Positions 1 through 10,697 of a DNA stretch of 64,000 bases are shown piece by piece (position 1 is the stretch's first letter; each line of letters starts with the position of its first letter). Origin of the DNA: Octopus vulgaris. Its lineage: Eukaryota. A model generated the notes under the pieces. It did no database searches. It saw only the letters and a program-made list of their open reading frames with translations, and was not told the DNA's origin. The stretch is taken from the NCBI GenBank assembly GCA_951406725.2, contig OX597817.1:87482001-87546000 (forward strand). Direction: 5' to 3'. Made by a program: the position numbers and the translations under genes.

Positions 1-45
1 CAGTGTTGAAAGTGCCTCGTGTAAATATCTGCTCCGACCTGGCCG

Positions 46-150
46 TTCTTTACTGATGAATCTATCGGCCTATGGAAGACTAGTTTGATTTAATTTAATC
101 AGGTTGGTTTACCATTAAACAATAGAAGAAACGGTGCATCGTATAAAGAA
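46..150 (+). ncRNA. Type I hammerhead ribozyme motif, copy 1
   Basis: Helix I TTCTTTA 46-52 pairs with TAAAGAA 144-150. Core CTGATGA 53-59; long helix II 61-126; GAAA 128-131; near-palindromic helix III ACGGTGCATCGT; GTA triplet 141-143. Confidence 0.88.
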
Positions 151-528
151 TTACAGGGTAAATGTTTTTTTAATTTTCTCCTGGTTTACGGATTTAATGT
201 TGTTTTGCGGTTGAAACCTTGGCTGTTATTTCTAGTGGGTGAATGGCCTATTATGGCCGTTCCTTGATTTTGCTGTTGAATTTATAAATGGTCTATGACT
301 ATTTAATTTTTTCCCACTAGGCCGCTGGTGGCAAAAAAATTCTGCGAAATTTTTTGCCACCCTATATTGATTAATTATGAATTTTCTGGTTAATTCCGTA
401 ATGGAATCGGCGGCTTATATTTGCTGCCGATAAATTGGCGCGAGTGCGATGATTTGAAAATTTTAGGTCAGATTTTGCTGAGACAGTGTTGAAAGTGCCT
501 CGTGTAAATATCTGCTCCGACCTGGCCG

Positions 529-633
529 TTCTTTACTGATGAATCTATCGGCCTATGGAAGACTAGCTTGATTTAATTTAATCAGGTTGGTTTACCATTA
601 AACAATAGAAGAAACGGTGCATCGTATAAAGAA
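529..633 (+). ncRNA. Type I hammerhead ribozyme motif, copy 2
   Basis: Same motif: CTGATGA 536-542, GAAA 611-614, predicted cleavage after 626. Confidence 0.88.
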
Positions 634-1011
634 TTACAGGGTAAATGTTTTTTAATTTTCTCCTGGTTTACGGATTTAATGTTGTTTTGCGGTTGAAACC
701 TTGGCTGTTATTTCTAGTGGGTGAATGGCCTATTATGGCCGTTCCTTGATTTTGCTGTTGAATTTATAAATGGTCTATGACTATTTAATTTTTTCCCACT
801 AGGCCGCTGGTGGCAAAAAAATTCTGCGAAATTTTTTGCCACCCTATATTGATTAATTATGAATTTTCTGGTTAATTCCGTAATGGAATCGGCGGCTTAT
901 ATTTGCTGCCGATAAATTTGGCGCAAGTGCGATGATTTGAAAATTTTAGGTCAGATATTGCTGAGACAGTGTTGAAAGTGCCTCGTGTAAATATCTGCTC
1001 CGACCTGGCCG

Positions 1012-1116
1012 TTCTTTACTGATGAATCTATCGGCCTATGGAAGACTAGCTTGATTTAATTTAATCAGGTTGGTTTACCATTAAACAATAGAAGAAACGG
1101 TGCATCGTATAAAGAA
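1012..1116 (+). ncRNA. Type I hammerhead ribozyme motif, copy 3
   Basis: Same motif: CTGATGA 1019-1025, predicted cleavage after 1109. Confidence 0.88.
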
Positions 1117-1494
1117 TTACAGGGTAAATGTTTTTTAATTTTCTCCTGGTTTACGGAATTAATGTTGTTTTGCGGTTGAAACCTTGGCTGTTATTTCTAG
1201 TGGGTGAATGGCCTATTATGGCCGTTCCTTGATTTTGCTGTTGAATTTATAAATGGTCTATGACTATTTAATTTTTTCCCACTAGGCCGCTGGTGGCAAA
1301 AAAATTCTGCGAAATTTTTTGCCACCCTATATTGATTAATTATGAATTTTCTGGTTAATTCCGTAATGGAATCGGCGGCTTATATTTGCTGCCGATAAAT
1401 TTGGCGCGAGTGCGATGATTTGAAAATTTTAGGTCAGATATTGCTGAGACAGTGTTGAAAGTGCCTCGTGTAAATATCTGCTCCGACCTGGCCG

Positions 1495-1599
1495 TTCTTT
1501 ACTGATGAATCTATCGGCCTATGGAAGACTAGCTTGATTTAATTTAATCAGGTTGGTTTACCATTAAACAATAGAAGAAACGGTGCATCGTATAAAGAA
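1495..1599 (+). ncRNA. Type I hammerhead ribozyme motif, copy 4
   Basis: Same motif: CTGATGA 1502-1508, predicted cleavage after 1592. Confidence 0.88.
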
Positions 1600-1866
1600 T
1601 TACAGGGTAAATGTTTTTTAATTTTCTCCTGGTTTACGGAATTAATGTTGTTTTGCGGTTGAAACCTTGGCTGTTATTTCTAGTGGGTGAATGGCCTATT
1701 ATGGCCGTTCCTTGATTTTGCTATATATATATATATATATATTAATTATATATATATATATATATATAATAAGATTAGCTCGTATACGAGTGGGTATATA
1801 TTTGTAAAAAATGAAGTTTGAAAATGCTGCTATATTAGACAAATTTTAATTTTTATATATACATTA

Positions 1867-1918
1867 TTTATTTAACATGTTTCGGTTCTTGAAATGACGA
1901 ACCTTATCAAGAAAAATT
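1867..1918 (-). ncRNA. Minimal hammerhead variant (U3-A8 core) at the Penelope 3' end
   Basis: Minus strand reads TTTTTC TTGATAA GGTTC gtcatttcaa GAACC GAAA CATG TT AAATAAA: 5-bp helix II, palindromic helix III, weak helix I. Confidence 0.65.
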
Positions 1919-2391
1919 TATATATAAAAAAGATAGTTCATGCTATCAAATATAAAAAATTCATATATAATATTCAATAGAATCAAACATAAAAAATTCA
2001 TATATAGTAAAGCGAGTCCATGCTATATGTTTAAAGAGTATGATGTAGTAGTTCATAGTGGTGATATGCATTCAATAGAGTCAAATATAAAAAATTCATG
2101 TTCTTGAAAAAGCGAGGAATTCATTTTAGATTTTACCTTGTGTTCCAATGGGAGCAACTGTAATGACCTTTGGTTGGTATCTGTTCGTATAGTTTTGGTG
2201 AAATTTGTGAATTGTTTGGGTTTATATCAGCTCAGCTTAGCTGTCTCACTTGCATTTTTCACTGACGTCATATAGTTCCCAACCAATCAAAACTCAGTCT
2301 CAACGAGTATATCCTGTTAGGAAAGCAACCAAGCAGAACGACAGTTTGGCCACGGAAGAAATACGTCATCCTTGTTTTTGACGGATTGAAA

Positions 2392-2766
2392 TTAGATCTG
2401 ATCCATGACTGTATCCTGATAGGTGGCTAGTCCAGCGGAACGAGACGTCATCAATGTTTTGACCAATCATCTCGTTAGGTGGCTAGTCCAGCAGAACGGG
2501 ACGTCATCAATGTTTTGACCAATCATCCCGTTAGGTGGCTAGTCCAGCAGAACGAGACGTCATCAATGTTTTGACCAATCAGAATCGGGTCTGACCTATA
2601 GCTGTATTAGATCTGACCCATGACTGTATCCTGTTAGGTGGCTAGTCCAGCGGAACGAGACGTCATCAATGTTTTGACCAATCATCCCGTTAGGTGGCTA
2701 GTCCAGCAGAACGAGACGTCATCAATGTTTTGACCAATCAGAATCGGATCTGACCCTTAGCTGTAT
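2392..2766. repeat. 56-bp minisatellite (5 copies, higher-order duplication) inside the Penelope 3' region
   Basis: AGGTGGCTAGTCCAGC at 2421, 2477, 2533, 2636 and 2692. Each unit contains GACGTCA and CCAATCA. Confidence 0.92.
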
Positions 2767-2982
2767 CGTGTGTGGAAACCGACCAAGCAGGGTGACAATA
2801 GCTTGCCCACTGAGGTAATACGTCATCAGTTTCTTGACGGATCAGGATTAGATCTGCTCGTAGAGATCTTTTTATAAATTTTTTCTTTCCCTAAGTCATA
2901 TCTCTGTCAGTGTGAGTGACTGTTTAAGGCAGCGGCCGTGGTAGAATTTCGCTTCTCCTTTTCGGAAGACCAATGTTTTGTT

Positions 2983-4773
2983 TTAATATTCCTGGCCCAG
3001 GGTGTTCAAACTTGGTCTAAATTTTTTGATGAAATACAGTTCTTTATTTTGGCGTTGCGTGAAGGTTACGCTGTCACTGAATTTATAAAGCGGGTAAGTT
3101 GTAAATTTCGGATTTACATTTCCAGCACATCTATCTATGTGTCTGCTGACCGGTATTTTCCGGTATTCAGGGTTTCTAATTTGTGATTTATGCACCGCCA
3201 TCCTGTTACGTAAGCTATTTTTTGTATGGCCTATATACTGCCTATTGCAGCCTGCGCATGTTAAGACGTAAATTAAGTTTTCTGATGCGCAGGTGAAGTT
3301 TGCTCTAATGGTGAATTGATGGCCTTGTTCTAGTATAAATTCTGAACCTTCTATCAAGATGACACAGATTCCGCAGTTGGGCCTTCCACATTTTCTAACT
3401 GCTGGTTTTGTGGTTGATGTTGAGTGCAGTTTAGCTTGGGTTAAAATCCTTTTCAAGGATTTTGGTTGCCGTTTACTTTTAATGATGGTGTGTGTTTCGA
3501 GGATCCGGTTCATCTTTGGGTCTCCCTTTAGTAGGGCTGTGCTTTGTAGTATGGTGCTGAAGGCCTCATTGTTGAGTGGGTTGTGTGTAGAGATGTAGGG
3601 AAGGGTTTTTAATTGTTCTTTCTTTTTTGGTTTTGTTTGTCTCAGGTCTTCTATACTTAATTTGAGTGCCCTTTGGATTGCACTGTCTATTAGGGGCTGT
3701 GGATAGTTTCTATTTGTGAGTGTGGTTCTAAGTTCCTGGAGACGTGTGTGTCGGGTGTTTGTGTCTGATATTATGGTGCAGATCCTTCTAGCTAAACAAA
3801 AAGGGACATTTATTCTAGTGTGTCGTGGGTGGCATGAATCAAAGGGTAGGTATTGTTTGGAGTCTGTCGGTTTATCTGTCTCTATTTTGTTGCCGGTTTT
3901 CTTAATGAGGATGTCTAAAAATGGTAATTCTTCTTCGTTATGATCCATCGTGAATTGTATATTATCATTTATTCTATTTAATAGTATTTTAAATTCCTCA
4001 AGTTTCTCTATACTTTTGTCCCAGATGATGAGACAGTCATCGAGGTATCTTTTCCAGTTGTTCTGTATATAGGTGGAGAAGGTGTTTCCAAATTTCTCGA
4101 GTGTTATCTGGTAGAGTATTATCTCGAGGTATCCCATCACTAGGTTGGCAAAAGATGGTGCAGTACGCGTGCCCATCGCTGTTCCCGATCTTTGTCTGTA
4201 GAAATTATTGTCAAAAATAAAGTAATTGTTTTCTAAAATAAATCTAAGTCCTATTATAAGGTCTTTGTTTATGCGAGTTGGGAGTTCAAAGGAGTAGTTA
4301 TTCAGCCAGAAGGTGATCGCTTCTATTCCTAGGTTGTGAGGGATGTTAGAATAAAGATTAACTACGTCGAATGATACTAGAAGGGTTTTCTCATTGACTG
4401 CTTTAGGGAGGTGGTTGAGCATATCTATATCGTCTCTTACGTAGCTTTTGATGTGTTTTAGGAAAGGTTTAAGAAGTGTGTCTAAGAAATTGCTGAGGCG
4501 GTGAGTCTCACATGCTGGCCCTGCTATTATCGGTCTAAGTTTAAGATCATTTGGTGAAGGGATTTTGATGAGTATATCGGTAGATGTTTTGCATGTTTCT
4601 CTAATTATTTGGCTTTTGTGTACTTTAGGGATACCGTAGAACAAACTCGATTTGCATTTGAAGTTAGTGATGTATTCATACTCCTTGTCCGTGAGTCCTT
4701 CTCGGTATGTGTTGATTAATGTCCTAAGGTTATGCATTATTTTTTGCTGATTATACTGTTGGGCCCTTTCATA

Positions 4774-4779
<6 letters not shown>
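2983..4779 (-). CDS. Penelope-like reverse transcriptase + GIY-YIG endonuclease (N-terminally truncated)
   Basis: RT motifs FYGIPKVHK, LRPIIAG, SFDVVNLYSNIP, GTAMGT, KRYLDD, LPFLD and SCHPRH. Cys motif CGRPNCGIC, then NLIYVLTC..C..QYIG..LRNRMAVH (GIY-YIG). The start Met is at the microsatellite junction. ETDKPTD looks shortened relative to typical PLE sequences, so the copy may be inactive. Confidence 0.92.
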
Positions 4780-4846
<67 letters not shown>

Positions 4847-4848
4847 CA

Positions 4849-4937
4849 TCACCAACCGGTGGTTGTCACACGCTGATGACGGGTCTGGGAATCGAACTGC
4901 GAGTCCGCTGTCCTAACCACTGGGCCATTGCGCCTCC
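4849..4937 (-). mobile_element. tRNA-derived SINE head fragment (family C)
   Basis: Reverse complement GGCCCAGTGGTTAGGACAGCGGACTCGC..GTTCGATTCCCAGACC matches the head of the copy at 22129. Confidence 0.7.
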
Positions 4938-5052
4938 CTCCATTCAAGAGAAATCAGGAATATGATATTTCTCTTATGATATATATATATATATAGCTCC
5001 TTCTATATATATCTCTATGTATTGAGTACCTTACTTATCAACCCGGACCTAC

Positions 5053-5105
<53 letters not shown>

Positions 5106-5389
5106 TGTATGTATGTATGTATAGTACGTATGCATGTATATGTATATTGCAGGGATATGCCGTATGTGGAGTCCCACTTGTAGAAAATAGAAATAAACAG
5201 TCTCCGACTGCTATTTCTAATTTTTTCGGTATGTGGCTAAGCAACCTGTTGACTGCTCCTATTTATATACAATAAATATATACTGAACTTCACAGAAGTT
5301 CCTGCCGCTAATGGTTATATTTACATGCCGAAATATACCAGTAAATAATTGTTGGTTTTTTGAAAAACCATCGAAGAAATTATTTACTC

Positions 5390-5460
<71 letters not shown>

Positions 5461-5473
5461 TACATATGTATAT

Positions 5474-6051
5474 ACTCGAGCAAGACGCCCCCCGTCCAAT
5501 GGACGGTGTTGTGTTGTCAAACATTTAAACCAAATTTTCTCAAAACAACTTGTCCGGCCGTCCCATAGGCCACCACTTTCCGAAACACTGATTTAACCTA
5601 AATTTGAGACACCAGCAAAAGAAGAAATAACGATAGACTTTTTTTCTATTCCAAAGAAAAACGATTTTAATCACACAAATATGCAACCGAAGAGTTTAAA
5701 GTACCAGTAATGATAAGGCTGTTGACTGGGAGAACACAAACATGGTTTAAACAGTAAGCTTGGCAGGAAAGAAACGTGCCTTTAAGTAGCACAAAAACTG
5801 CACCTGCATTTTTCTCGCGTACGCGTAGTATCGATCGCAACAGCTGATGTACTTGCGCGTACAAATGCCCGTTTCCACGGCTTTATCGATCGCATTCTCA
5901 CCTAAAATGGATTTTTGTAATTTTTTCAAGACTTATACACGCCCTGATACCGTCGGTATCTACATATCAAATTTGAGCGCAATTGGATGGAGGATGCCGA
6001 GTTCCTAGAAGGCACACAAACAGACAGACAGAACGGGTTTTATATAATAGA
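5474..6051 (-). mobile_element. Non-autonomous Helitron-like element
   Basis: Minus strand begins A^TCTATTATATAAAA followed by (CTGT)n. Perfect subterminal hairpin CCGTCC-AAT-GGACGG at 5492-5506. The 3' end reads CTCGAG^T rather than canonical CTRR. Confidence 0.55.
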
Positions 6052-6058
6052 TTTACAT

Positions 6059-6115
<57 letters not shown>

Positions 6116-6648
6116 ATCATATATACATACATACATATATGTGTGTGCATATTATAACGACAGAAGTAGTTTTAATACCAAAAGGTAATCTCGATCTCCG
6201 ACTTTACGTGGAGGTTGTGTTAGAACACAGAGTAGTGCATAATTTACCTTGAGATGATGTCTCATAATGACTACACACGCACACATACTTAAACACGCAA
6301 ACACAGAGATACACACGTGTGCACACATGCACACACGCATAGACACTTAAGTTTCAGTTCTTAATTACCAGATTTCATTAACCTGATCAGAAAGCATTTC
6401 CCAGTAAAATATTGTTATTAGATATTTAATAATAAATTGAGTGGCAGGTAAAGTGTCACAGTTTCGATACCCAGCATAAACAAAAGAAAACTGTCCAGTA
6501 GAAAACCTGCGAAGTACCTTTCTTCATATAATTGCAACAACGTTACAATTTGCTATCTCAATAGTACTGAACAGTTTTTTTATAATATTAGTTTATGAAG
6601 CTAAGCTCTCTGTTCGTCTGTCTCTGTCTGATTGTGTGTCTCTGTCTG

Positions 6649-6694
<46 letters not shown>

Positions 6695-6882
6695 TCTATC
6701 TCGTCTACCACTCCTCCCTTCTTTCTCTCTCCTGCAGCATACCTACACATTTAGACACTCTGAAAGACACCTCACACGCTTATTTTCCAAATATATCTGG
6801 AATTTAAAGGATATTACTGCAAACAATTATAAAAAATTGACTGGTGCACTATAGAACACACATCTCTAAATGGTAGTGATTA

Positions 6883-6932
<50 letters not shown>

Positions 6933-7024
6933 AAACTTACTTGGAAATGGATGCGTAGCGTTCAATCAAATAATAATATAAATAATGTACATTTATATGC
7001 CTACACACACATATACATATATAC

Positions 7025-7772
7025 ATATGCATATATGGGTACAGGACGTCACTAACAGTAAATAGCATGAAATACTAAAACAAATGAGTTCAATACGCAA
7101 CACATTGAGAGAAACAACGCATCCATTTCCAAGTTTATTCTATTATTATTGATGCGAATCTAATCCATACTGTTTTTCTTCCCTATCGTTTTCTTTGTCA
7201 TCCTTTTTCTAATTCGCTTTTTTCTCCCCTTCACCGTTTTCTATCTGTATCTCTCTCACTCCTCCACTTTTTCCTGTTCTCTCCCTCGTTGCTCACATGT
7301 GACCATCGTTCATCTTTCTTTTCCTCACGTGATCATCTTTCTTTTCTTTCGGAACTTCCTAAGAGCTGGACGTATCCTATCGCTTTCTCCTATCTTTTCT
7401 CTTGTCAAAGAAAATATTTCTCCAGCGTTCGCTATTTTAGCCTCGTTCTGGTCTAACGACCCGCCATGTTTGTTTTTGTTCCGTTTCCTTGTATGTCTCC
7501 ACTGTTCTGCTTTTGTTCTTAGCTTCGACCCTGCATAAATCCCTAATTTTATTTTGGTACTTATGGGAGCAACTGTCTTCCAAGACTCATATTGACGTTT
7601 AATGCTCGAAATGAGGAGTAGATAGACAGCCGACAACTGATGAAGGGTCAGTCTTTATGTTACTTGCCCTGTTTTCCATTCGTTTCTCTCGTTGTTTGCG
7701 TATTGAACTCATTTGTTTTCGTATTTCATGTTATTTACTAATGGTTACGTCCTGTACCCATATATGCATGTG
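7025..7772. mobile_element. ~750-bp element with ~90-bp terminal inverted repeats in microsatellite context
   Basis: ATGCATATATGGGTACAGGACGT...CAAATGAGTTCAATACGCAA (7028-7100) is the reverse complement of TTGCGTATTGAACTCATTTG...ACGTCCTGTACCCATATATGCAT (7696-7769). Confidence 0.75.
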
Positions 7773-7790
7773 TATATATATATATGTATG

Positions 7791-7836
<46 letters not shown>

Positions 7837-8044
7837 TATATATATATGTTATTTATATTATATATATACGTATACATTCATGCATATATATATATTTATA
7901 TATATACATATATGTATATATTTATGCATGTAAGTATATATATATATATACGCAAATGGTATAAAAACGTTTATTTAATTTTTTGTATTGAGTTCGACAT
8001 TAGATAACGGTTTTATGAACGTTTAGCATGCTTCTAAATATGTT

Positions 8045-8160
8045 TCAGAGCATCGGGCTCATGAGGTAGTGAGTTCGATTCTCGGACCGGGGTGTGTGTT
8101 GTGTTTTTTGAGTAAGACTTGTACCTAGGAAGTTACTTTAGGGGGTCTTTTTCTTTTACA
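8045..8160 (+). mobile_element. tRNA-derived SINE fragment (family D)
   Basis: TGAGGTAGTGAGTTCGATTCTCGGACCGGGGTGTGTGTTGTGTT is similar to the reverse complements of 11263-11469 and 49970-50293. Confidence 0.6.
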
Positions 8161-9649
8161 TACATATACATACATCTTTATGATAAACACACGTACATGT
8201 GTATAATATCATATTAGCTCATAAAACGTGTAAACTTGCTCAGTACTATTACTAGTAATATATTAGTATATTTAAAATCGTAATATACATATAATATAAA
8301 CAGTATATGAACTGAGAAACATGACAGTTATTGACAGGTTCTACAGTGAAATATAACCAGTAAAATATGTAGGCCTATATAAATTTCACAGGAAATTTTA
8401 CTGATCTAAAATTTAGTATTCTTCTTATATATCGAATGACTGCTGTGGAATACAGATAGACTCACGGATTGTACATATCATCATTTTGTTTCGATTTCCG
8501 TTAGCTATTTTTCATCTCTAAATCTCGTTGGTGACACACCTTATAAAGATTGTTTGCCTTCGTATCTTGAATTCCATATTTATGTAAACAAAAACTCGCC
8601 TATAGACAATAAAGAACAAAAATAGAATAACAACAATTACTCTATGATTGCAGATCTGTAATGACTGTAATATGGCATCAACTTATTTCCATAGAATTTC
8701 ATTCTGTAAATCCTAATCAACAATATGTTGACCTCCTGTAAGCATGACGCAGGTTCCTGTATAGACAATAGCTTATGTGGCTGTGTCAATGAGTGTGTTT
8801 AATTGTTTGTCTGCTATATAATCATTTTTGTAGACAGGAAGACAAACAACTAGTAAATATGTGCAGTCGTCCTACTTGTTCTATAACTGTACCAACTGGT
8901 CAATATATTACATGATAATATATAGATTCTGGCATTTTTATTACATTATATTTAACAAAGGACAGAATCTCATTCACTATACTAAATCAACAAGTTATTA
9001 ATCCAGTATTGAATGCAATATATTATTCGAGTGGTAGTTTGTTTATTTTACCAAATAATATTTTAGACTGATATGAGGAACTATATCAAATATTGTATAA
9101 ATATTAAACTAATAAATCCAAACTTGAAGGCAAATTTCTGACAGCTTTGTTGTAATCATCTGACAAAGGCACACAGTTTCACATATACGCATACACGTGA
9201 ACCCTCAATATGTGAATGTGTGTGTGTGTGAGTGTGTGTGTGTGCTGTCTGGGTGGAAAGATAAGCAAAATCTACCAATACTAAAACTATAAATATTAAT
9301 TATAAAATCTAAATAATTTTCAATATATTTTTAAAAGATTACTTTAGTACATAGAATTCAATATATCATACAGAAAATGGCTTATTATATGGTTTTAGAC
9401 AGATACAGTTTCCAAACTGTATACCGTGTATGTATATGTTAACGCGCGGCCATATTTAACTGTGAAGCTTCATAATAAATCAAAGGTGGTAGCATAGGAA
9501 CGAAATGATTTCTGCCTTCGTTCAGCATCATTAGAGAGGGAGACATGGAGGAGTAAATGAGTATACTTAGGCCAAGTACTCGTTAGCCACTGATGATTGA
9601 ATTAATATTTTGAGGTATATTTCATCAAATATTAATGTATGTAATAATA

Positions 9650-9842
9650 ATCTTTTCTACTAGAGGCACAAGGCTGGAAATTTTGGCGAAGGAGATACGT
9701 CGATTACATCTATCCAAGTACGTGGCAGATGCTTATTTCGTGGAATACGAAAGGATGAAAGTTAAAGTCGATCTTTCAGGAAGTAAAGACGGACGAAATA
9801 CGGCCAAGCATTATTCTGGCGTGCTAATGTTCATCGCCTTAA
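9650..9842 (-). mobile_element. SINE family B, degenerate
   Basis: GAAAGGATGAAAGTTAAAGTCGA core shared with other family B copies. Confidence 0.7.
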
Positions 9843-10331
9843 TGTATGCAATAATAAATATTACATATGTGTATGTGTGCCAGTCTATAAGGAAATTTAA
9901 CTGTATAAAAAGATAATATAAATAATATGTGGATTTACCTTGGAGTATATATGAGTGTTTATATTTGCTTACATGCGCACAAAAATATAAATCTTATGTG
10001 GTACAACGCTCTGCCATCTCTAACAGAGGAGGCGTCCAGTACCGAAGAGTGGCATAAAACTAGCTCAAAACCAGGACTAGTCTACTGGCCCCATCGTTAG
10101 AAGGTGGTGGGGGTTCTCTTCCCTACTCGCAATTTATCGGTTACAGCTCTGCATCGTTAACCAGCTAAAGGAGATGTCTTCTTGGGGTTAAAAAATCACA
10201 GTAGAGTCTGTTCGAACGGACAGCCATGTTGAAGTGGCTACGAATATTGCTTGTGTTATTAATTGCTAGCAAGAATACAGTATTCTGTTTTGCAAACGTA
10301 ATATACGACCAAGTACATTACTGGTTTACAA

Positions 10332-10697
10332 GGCGCATGTGTGGCTGTGTGGCAAGAAGCTTGCTTCCCAATGAGTTCCAAATTCAGTCCCATAGTGTGG
10401 CACCTTGGGCAAGTGTCTTCTAATATAAACATGGTCTGACCAAAGCCTTATGAGTGGATTTAGTAAACGGAAACTGAAAGAATTCCATCGTATGTCTATG
10501 TGTGTGTGATTGCCTCACCCCAACAACATCACTTGACAACCGATATTAGTGTGTTTACGTCCCCGTAACTTAGTGGTATGGTAAAAGAGCCCGATAGAAT
10601 AAGTACTGAGACCGGTTTCTTCGACTAAAAGTCCCCTTTAAAGCGGTGCTCCATGGCTGCAGTCAAATGACTGAAACAAGGAAAAAAATAAAAGAAT
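10332..10697 (+). mobile_element. tRNA-derived SINE family A, near full length
   Basis: GGCGCATGTGTGGCTGTGTGG head, GGCACCTTGGGCAAGTGTCTTCT core and GCAGTCAAATGACTGAAACAAG tail. Colinear with 61383-61795. Confidence 0.85.

Larger units (their letters stand above)
1..1722 (+). repeat. 483-bp tandem array (~3.6 copies visible, probably continuing beyond the left edge); candidate hammerhead-containing retrozyme / Penelope pLTR-derived array
   Basis: CAGTGTTGAAAGTGCCTCGTG recurs at 1, 484, 967 and 1450. Copies differ by only a few substitutions or 1-nt indels. The last copy is cut at 1722 directly into (TA)n. Confidence 0.97.
1770..4779 (-). mobile_element. Penelope-like retroelement (5'-truncated) with ~1.2 kb 3' UTR/pLTR, bounded by (TA)n on both sides
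   Basis: RT-GIY-YIG ORF at 2983-4779, followed by a non-coding tail with a minimal hammerhead near its end. (TA)n at 1723-1769 and ~4780-4845. Confidence 0.88.

Noticed and set aside
1-1722. CRISPR array or plain centromeric satellite
   Set aside because: No unique spacers, no cas genes and a eukaryotic context. The ribozyme motif and nested stems are better explained by an RNA-derived repeat.
2392-2766. CRISPR-like short repeats
   Set aside because: Units are contiguous without variable spacers; this is a minisatellite inside a retroelement.
2822-2830. CTGATGA on the minus strand as a hammerhead core
   Set aside because: No downstream helix II + GAAA; it is part of the ACGTCATCA repeat motif.
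7637-7680. CTGATGA-AGGG..CCCT as a hammerhead
   Set aside because: A helix II-like stem is present but is followed by GTTTT, not GAAA, and there is no helix III or I.
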